Source: an uncultured Chitinophagaceae bacterium (GTDB taxonomy: Bacteria > Bacteroidota > Bacteroidia > Chitinophagales > Chitinophagaceae). Taken from it: 64,000 nucleotides of DNA. Numbering within the stretch: position 1 is the first letter of the stretch; each line of letters begins with the position of its first letter. Both the position numbers and the translations under genes were made by a program. The stretch lies in contig CAYRBD010000005.1 in the NCBI GenBank assembly GCA_964422465.1, positions 681 through 64,680 on the forward strand, in the 5' to 3' direction. The notes beneath the pieces are model-generated. The model worked only from the letters and a program-made list of their open reading frames with translations. It did no database searches and was not told the origin of the DNA. Positions 1 through 7,253 of the stretch are shown in pieces.

Positions 1-1
1 A

Positions 2-340
2 GCTCGTCCCTCTTATACCATTGATACTTTAACCTATCTTGATGAAAAGTACCCTGAGTATGAATTTGCTATTATCATGGGCAGCGACAGCCTGGAAAAC
101 CTGCACCGCTGGAAGAATTACCAAACGCTTCTGGAACGGTACTCCTTATATGTTTACAAGCGGCCGGGGCATGAGCCAAAAGTGCTGGCCAATGCACGCA
201 TAACGGTTTGCAATGCCCCCTTACTGGATATCTCATCCAGCGCGATACGCAGGATGATCAAGAATGAAAAATCAGTGCGTTTTATGATACCGGAGCAAGC
301 CTTTCAATACCTGATGGCTAACCGGTATTACCAAACCTAA
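2..340 (+). CDS. nadD: Nicotinate-nucleotide adenylyltransferase, C-terminal part (5' end lies outside the window)
   Basis: The frame is open from nt 2. Translation ARPSYTIDTLTYL...LLDISSSAIRRMI carries the SYTxDTL and ISSxxIR motifs typical of NadD. Confidence 0.85.
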   Translation, partial: ARPSYTIDTLTYLDEKYPEYEFAIIMGSDSLENLHRWKNYQTLLERYSLYVYKRPGHEPKVLANARITVCNAPLLDISSSAIRRMIKNEKSVRFMIPEQAFQYLMANRYYQT

Positions 341-1392
341 TCTTTTTTTTGCCTTATTTTTTTATAAACCTTTACCCGCTTGCGTTTCAGGTTGAACTCA
401 TCCCGGTATATGGTCAAAAGCAAAACAAACAGCGACAGCAACAGCGGTCCGAAGATCAGGCCAACAAATCCAAACAGACTAACCCCGATTAATACCCCAA
501 AGACAGTAATCAACGGGTGTACATCCGCAAATTTCTTTTGCCAGATGAACCGGAAAACATTATCTACGCTACCCACTATGGCAAGGCAATAAATAGCCAG
601 CCCGATCCCTTCTCCTATGCTACCGGTTGCCAGCAAATAAATGACGACAGGAACCCACACTACTGCCGTACCAATTACCGGCACCATTCCCATAATGCCT
701 GTAATAACCCCCCAAAAAACCGGACTATCCACGCCGAATATCCAGTATCCCAGTATTGAAATGAGACCTTGTATTATCGCCAGCAGGGGGAAGCCTACTG
801 CATTGGAGATGACCATTGCCTTTAGTTCTTCCCCAAGGCGGTCTGTATTTTCTTCCTTCAGCGGCATGTACTCATATAAGCCATCCTCCATATTCAAAGA
901 TTCTACCAGCATGAAATACAACACAAAATACATAATAACAATGGTAGTCAGAACGCTAAAGGTTGATCCCAGTAGCTGAGGGAGAAAAGTGGTAAGAGCC
1001 TCCTGCGCTTTTTGCATGGACTGAGCCGACAGCAAATCTATCTTGGTAAACTGCTTAATTTCCTCAATAACCTTTTTCAAACTATCAATAATAGCCCCCG
1101 AATGCTTGATCGCAAAGGTAATCTTTTCCGTCATCATGTTACCGACCAGAAACATGGGTACAATCAAGACGATCATTGAAACCAGGATTAACAATAGTGC
1201 TACAATCCACCTTTTCCAGCCTTTTTTATAAACCAGAAAGATAACTGCCGGCCTCATGATAACATAAAGCGTCAGCGCCCCCAGTAAAGCCGGGATGAAA
1301 ACAGACAATTTCCAAAACAATACCCCACCGATTAGCAGGATAATGACGATAAAGAAAAATTGCTTAAGCCTGTCGTTATCAAAGTAACTCAT
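337..1392 (-). CDS. AI-2E (PerM/UPF0118) family transporter
   Basis: 351 aa polytopic membrane protein with ATG start. Overall layout and the C-terminal region GVLIGVSLFGFVGLIFGPLLLSL are typical of AI-2E family permeases. Confidence 0.75.
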   Translation of the reverse strand: MSYFDNDRLKQFFFIVIILLIGGVLFWKLSVFIPALLGALTLYVIMRPAVIFLVYKKGWKRWIVALLLILVSMIVLIVPMFLVGNMMTEKITFAIKHSGAIIDSLKKVIEEIKQFTKIDLLSAQSMQKAQEALTTFLPQLLGSTFSVLTTIVIMYFVLYFMLVESLNMEDGLYEYMPLKEENTDRLGEELKAMVISNAVGFPLLAIIQGLISILGYWIFGVDSPVFWGVITGIMGMVPVIGTAVVWVPVVIYLLATGSIGEGIGLAIYCLAIVGSVDNVFRFIWQKKFADVHPLITVFGVLIGVSLFGFVGLIFGPLLLSLFVLLLTIYRDEFNLKRKRVKVYKKIRQKKD

Positions 1393-1509
1393 ACGGCAAT
1401 TTTAAAAATGGAATAAAATTTGATATTATATAGGTAACGATTTAAACTATTTGATTTTTTTGTTGTAAATTAAACAGTATTCTATTAATCCACCAATTAA
1501 TTTTTTTGT

Positions 1510-1713
1510 ATGAGTAAGACGTCAAAAGTAATAACAATATTTGCTCTTGGAGTTGCAGTAGGATGTTTTCTAAATTCTTCTAAAAGAGATAAATACCTTA
1601 GAGCAGTGCGTGATCAGATTCGAAAGTGGAGAAATAAGGGGGATTATTACGAGCAGGAACTGGCAAGGAGATATTATTTAAGCGATGATCCTATAGATGA
1701 AATTGGGAGATAA
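1510..1713 (+). CDS. Small hypothetical membrane protein (67 aa, one TM helix)
   Basis: ATG start, hydrophobic N-terminal segment VITIFALGVAVGCFL, followed by a hairpin plus T-run terminator. No family recognised. Confidence 0.5.
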   Translation: MSKTSKVITIFALGVAVGCFLNSSKRDKYLRAVRDQIRKWRNKGDYYEQELARRYYLSDDPIDEIGR

Positions 1714-1743
1714 TGGAAACTCTCTTATTTTAATTCGGTTAGA

Positions 1744-1765
1744 TAACCTTCCCGCCTGAAGGTTA
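1744..1765 (+). terminator. Rho-independent terminator for the 1510-1713 gene
   Basis: TAACCTTC (1744-1751) pairs with GAAGGTTA (1758-1765) around a 6 nt loop. A run of 9 T follows on the + strand. Confidence 0.6.
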
Positions 1766-1957
1766 TTTTTTTTTCTTTCTTCTCCTTTTCAAATTCCCAA
1801 ACAGGCTAATAAGACCAAAGGTCAGGACAGATGGAAGCGTGGTAGCTGTTAATCCATGGAAACTTCCTCTCAATTTATCCAATTCTACTTTTCGCTTCAT
1901 GCGAATAATTTCCATTTCATAATCCAAGTCCCGGTAGCTTTTTATTTTTTTCATCAT
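1763..1957 (-). CDS. Small hypothetical protein with polybasic tail, third gene of the YtxH cluster
   Basis: The track ORF 1763-1978 begins at TTG. The first ATG is at 1957, 4 nt after the stop of the upstream gene. One C-terminal TM segment and an RRRKKKK tail. Confidence 0.45.
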   Translation of the reverse strand: MMKKIKSYRDLDYEMEIIRMKRKVELDKLRGSFHGLTATTLPSVLTFGLISLFGNLKRRRKKKK

Positions 1958-1961
1958 CTTA

Positions 1962-2318
1962 TCAATCCTTTTTACCAAACATCTTAGAAGCCAGCATTTT
2001 TAGCATGGGCCGACGTACAATCAGGACCCCGACGGCAACGGCTAAAATGAACAGCAGTAAATAAAACCCGCCGACAATGGCAAAGCCCCACGCAAAACTA
2101 TCTATCCAGCGGCCGATAAATACCGCCGCAGCAATAGAGAAGAAAAAAAGCGCTAAAAGAATGAGTACCACACATAACAATACTTTAAAAATAATGCTCG
2201 CGGCATTTACGATGTGCTTTAAAGCTTTAAGCTTGTAGTACTTAACATTACTTTCAGCATACGCTTTTAAGTGTTCAACAATTTCTTTTATATCGTTTAT
2301 CAGTGAGTCAAAAGCCAT
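1962..2318 (-). CDS. Holin-X-like (phage holin family 3) small membrane protein
   Basis: 118 aa with an amphipathic N-terminus and two TM helices (LLCVVLILLALFFFSIAAAVFIG, FAIVGGFYLLLFILAVAVGVLIV). This layout usually follows YtxH genes. Confidence 0.55.
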   Translation of the reverse strand: MAFDSLINDIKEIVEHLKAYAESNVKYYKLKALKHIVNAASIIFKVLLCVVLILLALFFFSIAAAVFIGRWIDSFAWGFAIVGGFYLLLFILAVAVGVLIVRRPMLKMLASKMFGKKD

Positions 2319-2365
2319 GTCGGGACAGGTTCAAAAATAAGACAGGAGGGGAAAAAACTCCCCAA

Positions 2366-2623
2366 TTAGCTGGCGGCCTTTTTCGCATTGGCAGCCGTTT
2401 GCTTAGCTACATGCTCCGCTTTCTCAGAGCCCTTTTTTATTTTTTCCATTACGTTATCCCTGGTTTCATTGAATTTCTGTCCAAACTTTTCAGCAGCATC
2501 GGTGGACCTGTCTTTCAGTTTCCCTCTAATTACTTCCCCTTTTTCAGGAGCAAATAAAATCCCTGCTGCTGCGCCAATAACCACTCCCGTAGCTATTGCC
2601 AATAACGTTTTCTGTGTACACAT
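2366..2623 (-). CDS. YtxH domain-containing protein
   Basis: 85 aa with N-terminal TM segment LLAIATGVVIGAAAGILFAPEKG followed by a charged helical region, the typical YtxH signature. Confidence 0.75.
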   Translation of the reverse strand: MCTQKTLLAIATGVVIGAAAGILFAPEKGEVIRGKLKDRSTDAAEKFGQKFNETRDNVMEKIKKGSEKAEHVAKQTAANAKKAAS

Positions 2624-2656
2624 ACCATTAAATTTTTTTCGTTAAAAAACTAATTA

Positions 2657-2664
2657 CAAAGTTA
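2657..2664 (-). promoter_or_regulatory. -7 promoter box TAACTTTG (TAnnTTTG) for the YtxH cluster
   Basis: Plus-strand CAAAGTTA lies 34 nt upstream of the ATG at 2623. Confidence 0.4.
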
Positions 2665-2793
2665 CAATAATTACTTTACCTAACACCATAAACCAGGCCA
2701 AAAAGAGATCAAATATGTTCTTTTTTATTATTTTATCTGAAAACAAGGATGTTTTAACGAACCATTAACGGGAAAGCCTATTCTATGTTTTCT

Positions 2794-3819
2794 CTATCCC
2801 CAGACTTTGGTGCCTTCGGTACAGTTGGCGCAGATGTCAATATTTTTTCTGCCATGAAGGATTTGCGACCGAAACTGATGATATTTCTTATCCTGCCAGA
2901 TTTCTCTGAAAGATTTTTCTTTCAGGTCTCCCATCTTGTGAATGGCATCTTTATCAAAACAGCAGGGAACCACCAGACCATCCCAGGTCACCACCGGATC
3001 ATGCCACAGGCGCCAGCAATGATTGGCCATTTTATTTTTAACGGCATAAGAACCATCTTCCTTTTTGCGATAACGTGAAAATTTATCCAATGTGGGGATA
3101 AGCGGGTTTCCGTTCTTATAATTATAAACCTGAGCCGTCTTAAAACGCACTTGATCCACACCAATTTCATCGGCCAATTTCTTCACTTCCTCAATCTGAT
3201 GTTCGTTGGGTTTCACTACCAGAAACTGGAAAAATACGAAAGGGGTTTGGGATTTCAACTTTCTTTTCCATTTCACAATGTTTCTGGCGCCTGCCAACAC
3301 CTTATCCAGGCGTCCTCCCCTGCGATACTGCTGGTAAACGTCCTGGGTAGTACCGTCAATAGAGATGATCAACCGGTCCAGGCCGCTTTCGATTGTCTTT
3401 TTCGCTTTTTCATCTGTTAAAAAATGGGCGTTCGTGGAAGTTGCCGTATAAATTCCCTTATCGGAGGCATATTTCACCATGTCCAGAAAATTAGGATTCA
3501 GGTAGGGCTCCCCCTGGAAATAAAAAATGAGATACACCAGGTCCCGGGCCATTTCATCTATGGTCTTTTGGAAAAAAGACTGGTCCAGCATACCCTTTGG
3601 CCGGGTGAACGCCCGCAACCCACTCGGGCATTCAGGACAGCGAAGGTTACAAGAAGTTGTGGGTTCAAAAGACATGGAAATAGGGTAACCCCACTGGACG
3701 GGCTTATGGATCCACTTGCTGTAATAATAGCTGCTCAATACTTTCGCCGCATTCCATCCTCGTCTCAAGGTCATTTTTGATAAAAAATTGAGACTATCCT
3801 GCAAATTAAAATTGTTCAT
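2794..3819 (-). CDS. Radical SAM enzyme with a Cys-rich SPASM-like C-terminus
   Basis: CxxxCxxC cluster motif in TTSCNLRCPECPSG. C-terminal cysteines are HCWRLW...VVPCCFDKD...DICANCTEG. Confidence 0.8.
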   Translation of the reverse strand: MNNFNLQDSLNFLSKMTLRRGWNAAKVLSSYYYSKWIHKPVQWGYPISMSFEPTTSCNLRCPECPSGLRAFTRPKGMLDQSFFQKTIDEMARDLVYLIFYFQGEPYLNPNFLDMVKYASDKGIYTATSTNAHFLTDEKAKKTIESGLDRLIISIDGTTQDVYQQYRRGGRLDKVLAGARNIVKWKRKLKSQTPFVFFQFLVVKPNEHQIEEVKKLADEIGVDQVRFKTAQVYNYKNGNPLIPTLDKFSRYRKKEDGSYAVKNKMANHCWRLWHDPVVTWDGLVVPCCFDKDAIHKMGDLKEKSFREIWQDKKYHQFRSQILHGRKNIDICANCTEGTKVWG

Positions 3820-3957
3820 ACTTGATTACGGGTATTATAGATTTATATTCCCTATCCTGCAAGGTACATAATAATCAATTAATGCCCCGACAATGAGAAA
3901 GTTTGAGAAAAAAATACGAAATTTGAAAAATCCATTAACGATTGAATACTTTGTGTC

Positions 3958-4200
3958 ATGGCTGATTCTGATAACTGGACGGATAAAGAGGTCATTCTAG
4001 CGTTTACACGCATGTTGAGAACCATTATTATGTGGGTGCCCTGGCTGATCATCACCCTGTACTTTGCGGTAGCTAAAGACCTGATTTTTTTTGACAGACC
4101 GGAAATACCGGCCTGGATGCACATCTTGTTTTTTGCTTGGCTGGTTATCACGCTACCACTGATCGTATGGCTTACCCTGAAAAAAATATGGAAGATGTAA
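3958..4200 (+). CDS. Small hypothetical membrane protein (80 aa, two or three TM helices)
   Basis: ATG start. Hydrophobic segments IIMWVPWLIITLYFAV and ILFFAWLVITLPLIVWL. Ends 10 nt before rmuC. Confidence 0.5.
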   Translation: MADSDNWTDKEVILAFTRMLRTIIMWVPWLIITLYFAVAKDLIFFDRPEIPAWMHILFFAWLVITLPLIVWLTLKKIWKM

Positions 4201-4210
4201 TTTCATTCAC

Positions 4211-5479
4211 ATGTTTCTTTATCTGTCTTGTATTCTTTTTTTATCCTCTTTACTGTTCTTATACCTGTTTTCAAGGGAAAAACAACGCAATGGCTCCCTT
4301 AAGCAACGTTTGGAAGAGGAAAAAGAGCAAACTGCCGGGCAACTGTCACAGTTGAGCGAAGAAAGGAATACCTTCCTGGAAGAGAAGATTGCCTTGGGAA
4401 ACCAACTGACAGAACAAAAGACCATAAACAACGCCTTACAAAAACAACTGGCAGAACAGATCGAATACCAGAAACAACTGGCTGCAGAAAACCGGCTGCA
4501 ATTTGAACAGTTATCCAATAAATTGCTGAACGAAAAAGCTGAAAAATTTACCCGTCAGAACCAGCAAAACCTGGATCAGCTTCTGAAGCCCCTTCAGCAA
4601 CGAATCAGGGAATTTGAGAAAAAAGTTGAGGACACCTACCAGCGGGAATCCAACGAACGATTTAGCCTGCAAAAAGAATTGAAACGAACTTTTGAGCTAA
4701 ACCAAACCCTCTCAGAGCAGGCTAATAATCTCACCAGCGCGTTAAAGGCAGATAGTAAAAAGCAGGGAAACTGGGGAGAATTTATCTTAGAAAAGATACT
4801 GGAATCGGCCGGATTACAGGAGAATGTACATTATAGGAAACAAGTCTCCATTTATAGTGAAGCAGGAAAAATCCTAAGGCCGGATGTAGTCCTGGAATTA
4901 CCGGAACATAAAAATATAATTATAGATGCCAAAGTCTCACTAACGGCTTACGAACGATATTTTAATGCAGCTGCCGGACGAGAACAACAAGAAGCCCTGC
5001 GGGACCATATCCGTTCTATAAAGGGCCATATTGATGAACTGGGAAGAAAAAAATACGAACGTCTTTTAGCTCAATCTCCCGATTTTGTCCTGATGTTTAT
5101 CCCGATAGAACCGGCTTACAGCCTGGCCTTAATGACCGAACCGGGACTGTATGACAACGCTTTTCATAAAAAAGTGATCCTGGTAAGTACTTCCTCTTTA
5201 CTGGCTACTCTCCGGATCATTGAATCAATCTGGCGGCTGGAAAAGCAAAATAAAAATGCTCATCAGATCATTGAGGAAGGGAACAAACTATATGAAAAGT
5301 TGGTGGGCTTTGTAGAAGACATGAACGCAATAGGGCAAAAACTGACAGGGGCGCAAAATACTTATGAGCTGGCTATGAACAAACTGGCTACGGGAAAGGG
5401 AAACCTGATCAGAAGAGCAAAAAAGATGAAAGAACTCGGTCTTAATCCGTCAAAAGAATTGCCAGAAAATAATTCTTAA
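4211..5479 (+). CDS. rmuC: DNA recombination protein RmuC
   Basis: N-terminal TM helix, long Q/E-rich coiled coil, and a C-terminal RmuC nuclease-like domain (GNWGEFILEKIL...RPDVVLELP...IIIDAKVSLTAYERY...PDFVLMFIPIEPAY). Confidence 0.85.
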   Translation: MFLYLSCILFLSSLLFLYLFSREKQRNGSLKQRLEEEKEQTAGQLSQLSEERNTFLEEKIALGNQLTEQKTINNALQKQLAEQIEYQKQLAAENRLQFEQLSNKLLNEKAEKFTRQNQQNLDQLLKPLQQRIREFEKKVEDTYQRESNERFSLQKELKRTFELNQTLSEQANNLTSALKADSKKQGNWGEFILEKILESAGLQENVHYRKQVSIYSEAGKILRPDVVLELPEHKNIIIDAKVSLTAYERYFNAAAGREQQEALRDHIRSIKGHIDELGRKKYERLLAQSPDFVLMFIPIEPAYSLALMTEPGLYDNAFHKKVILVSTSSLLATLRIIESIWRLEKQNKNAHQIIEEGNKLYEKLVGFVEDMNAIGQKLTGAQNTYELAMNKLATGKGNLIRRAKKMKELGLNPSKELPENNS

Positions 5480-5486
5480 TTTTGTG

Positions 5487-5494
5487 TAGTTTTG
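5487..5494 (+). promoter_or_regulatory. -7 promoter box TAGTTTTG upstream of the R-M cassette
   Basis: Exact TAnnTTTG match ending 19 nt before the methyltransferase ATG at 5514. Confidence 0.4.
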
Positions 5495-5513
5495 TTATAC
5501 AACCAAGAATAAA

Positions 5514-6482
5514 ATGAAAGCAGAAGAACCCTTATTCGACTTCATAAACCCCCAAACCGACTACGTGGTGAAGAATGGCGATTGTTTAAACATCCTAAAA
5601 AGATTGAAAGACGGTAAGTTTGACCTGATCCTGACCTCTCCCCCATATAATATTGGAAAATCATATGAAACAAAGACAAGTATTGAAAAATATCTTGAAA
5701 CACAGGAAGAAATAATAAAGGAACTTGTACGAACCCTGTCAGACAAGGGAAACCTCTGTTGGCAGGTTGGAAATTATGTTGATAACGGCGAAGTATTCCC
5801 ACTTGATATTTTTTATTACCAAATTTTCAAAAAATACGGCCTCAAACTCCGAAATAGGATTATTTGGCACTTTGGGCACGGGCTGCACGCGAGTAAACGA
5901 TTTAGCGGACGCTACGAAACTATTTTATGGTTTAGCAAATCAGAGGACTATATTTTTAACCTTGATAAGGTTAGAGTTCCTTCTAAATATCCAGGGAAAC
6001 GGCATTTTAAAGGGCCTAAAAAAGGACAGTTATCGGGCAACCCTTTGGGAAAGAATCCAAGCGATATCTGGGAAATTATAGAACAAGATTGGGATAGAGC
6101 AATGTGGAACATCCCCAACGTGAAATCAAATCATCCAGAAAAAACCAGTCATCCCTGTCAATTTCCAATAGAATTGGTTGAACGTTGTGTTCTGGCCCTG
6201 ACTAATGAAAGCAGCTATGTCCTTGACCCTTTTGCCGGGGTAGGTTCTACTGTTATCGGGGCTATTAAGAATAATCGAAATGCAATTGGAATTGAAAAAG
6301 AAAAGAAGTACTGTATTCTTGCAAATGAGCGAATCAGGGACTTGAAGGAAGGACGTTTAAAAATCAGACCTATTAACAAACCCATACATAAACCGGCAAA
6401 AAAAGACAAAGTGGCTCAAATACCGAAAGAATGGAAAGAACTCGAATTGTTTAATAATAATGAACTAAACAAGCATCAATGA
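5514..6482 (+). CDS. Type II DNA methyltransferase, beta class, probably N4-cytosine
   Basis: Motif IV SPPY (LILTSPPYNIGKSY) lies N-terminal to the AdoMet motif I FxGxG (DPFAGVGSTVIGA). This order is typical of N6_N4_Mtase. Its stop overlaps the start of the endonuclease gene (ATGA). Confidence 0.85.
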   Translation: MKAEEPLFDFINPQTDYVVKNGDCLNILKRLKDGKFDLILTSPPYNIGKSYETKTSIEKYLETQEEIIKELVRTLSDKGNLCWQVGNYVDNGEVFPLDIFYYQIFKKYGLKLRNRIIWHFGHGLHASKRFSGRYETILWFSKSEDYIFNLDKVRVPSKYPGKRHFKGPKKGQLSGNPLGKNPSDIWEIIEQDWDRAMWNIPNVKSNHPEKTSHPCQFPIELVERCVLALTNESSYVLDPFAGVGSTVIGAIKNNRNAIGIEKEKKYCILANERIRDLKEGRLKIRPINKPIHKPAKKDKVAQIPKEWKELELFNNNELNKHQ

Positions 6483-7093
6483 AGATTGCCCAAAAGTATT
6501 CCCATTTAAATGGGGAGGAATATCTTATCGTTCATCACGAAAAATTATACAAAGAAATAAAACAGGTAGTGGAAAGTATTGATGCTGATTTGTTCAGAAC
6601 AAAAATAAGCAGGGAGAAAAAGAAAAATGGGGAAAAACTCTTGTCACCTATTGATTTAAACCACGCTTTTGAAGAGGCGTTCGATAAATACCAGTGGGCG
6701 GAAAGCAGGTATAGCTACTACATAACCCTCAATAGAGCGTTAATGGAAAAGAGTGTCTTGATGTCAGCAAAAGATCAAAAGAAGTTTCTCATTGCCAATG
6801 GAGAGAAAGAACCAATTTATAGTTACAATCAAACTGATTTTGTTAAAGAAAAAATCGCGGTTGAAATTCAATTTGGTAAATACGCGTTTGTCGCATTTGA
6901 CTTGTTTGTAAAACACATGTTGTTTTATTCCGGTGGGGTGATAAATCTTGGTATTGAAATTCTTCCGACAAAGAAAATGCAAGCACAAATGAGTAGTGGC
7001 GTGGCTTATTATGAAGGAGAAGTATATAATGTAATGAGACAAGGGAGAAATAGCCCTCCGGTTCCATTGTTGATTTTAGGCATAGAACCATAG
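6479..7093 (+). CDS. Type II restriction endonuclease, BglII/BstYI family
   Basis: 204 aa. D120-x8-E129-x-Q131 (DFVKEKIAVEIQFGKY) matches the BglII catalytic D-x8-E-x-Q. SSGVAYYEGE and PVPLLILG resemble BglII SSLYYEQ and VPIRLVGL. The gene is translationally coupled to the methyltransferase. Confidence 0.75.
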   Translation: MKIAQKYSHLNGEEYLIVHHEKLYKEIKQVVESIDADLFRTKISREKKKNGEKLLSPIDLNHAFEEAFDKYQWAESRYSYYITLNRALMEKSVLMSAKDQKKFLIANGEKEPIYSYNQTDFVKEKIAVEIQFGKYAFVAFDLFVKHMLFYSGGVINLGIEILPTKKMQAQMSSGVAYYEGEVYNVMRQGRNSPPVPLLILGIEP

Positions 7094-7253
7094 AATAAGT
7101 TGGGCTGGTATCCAAAATCAATCTGGCAAATGGTCGAGGCCAGTAAAAGCATTTGATTGAAAGCCTTGTACTAAATTGAAAAAACGACTTTTGTTGAAGC
7201 TTAGGAATAAAATCTACTAATTCTCTAAAGCCTCGAAACATTAAGTACTACCT

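Noticed and set aside
2794-3819. The idea that the radical SAM/SPASM enzyme is the anaerobic maturase for the Cys-type sulfatase at 63346.
   Set aside because: The two genes are about 60 kb apart. The N-terminal cluster context does not resemble the anSME sequences I remember. There is no evidence beyond shared superfamily.
5507-7213. 9 bp direct repeat GAATAAAAT at 5507-5515 and 7205-7213 flanking the R-M cassette. I considered it as a possible insertion scar.
   Set aside because: It is short and AT-rich, so a chance match is likely in a 64 kb AT-biased window. No integrase or inverted repeats are present.
6843-7241. 132 aa minus-strand ORF covering the 3' end of the endonuclease gene and the 160 nt gap before dnaG. 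I considered it as a possible controller or antitoxin-like gene.
   Set aside because: Most of it is antisense to the endonuclease ORF. It has no HTH-like segment and no promoter box upstream.
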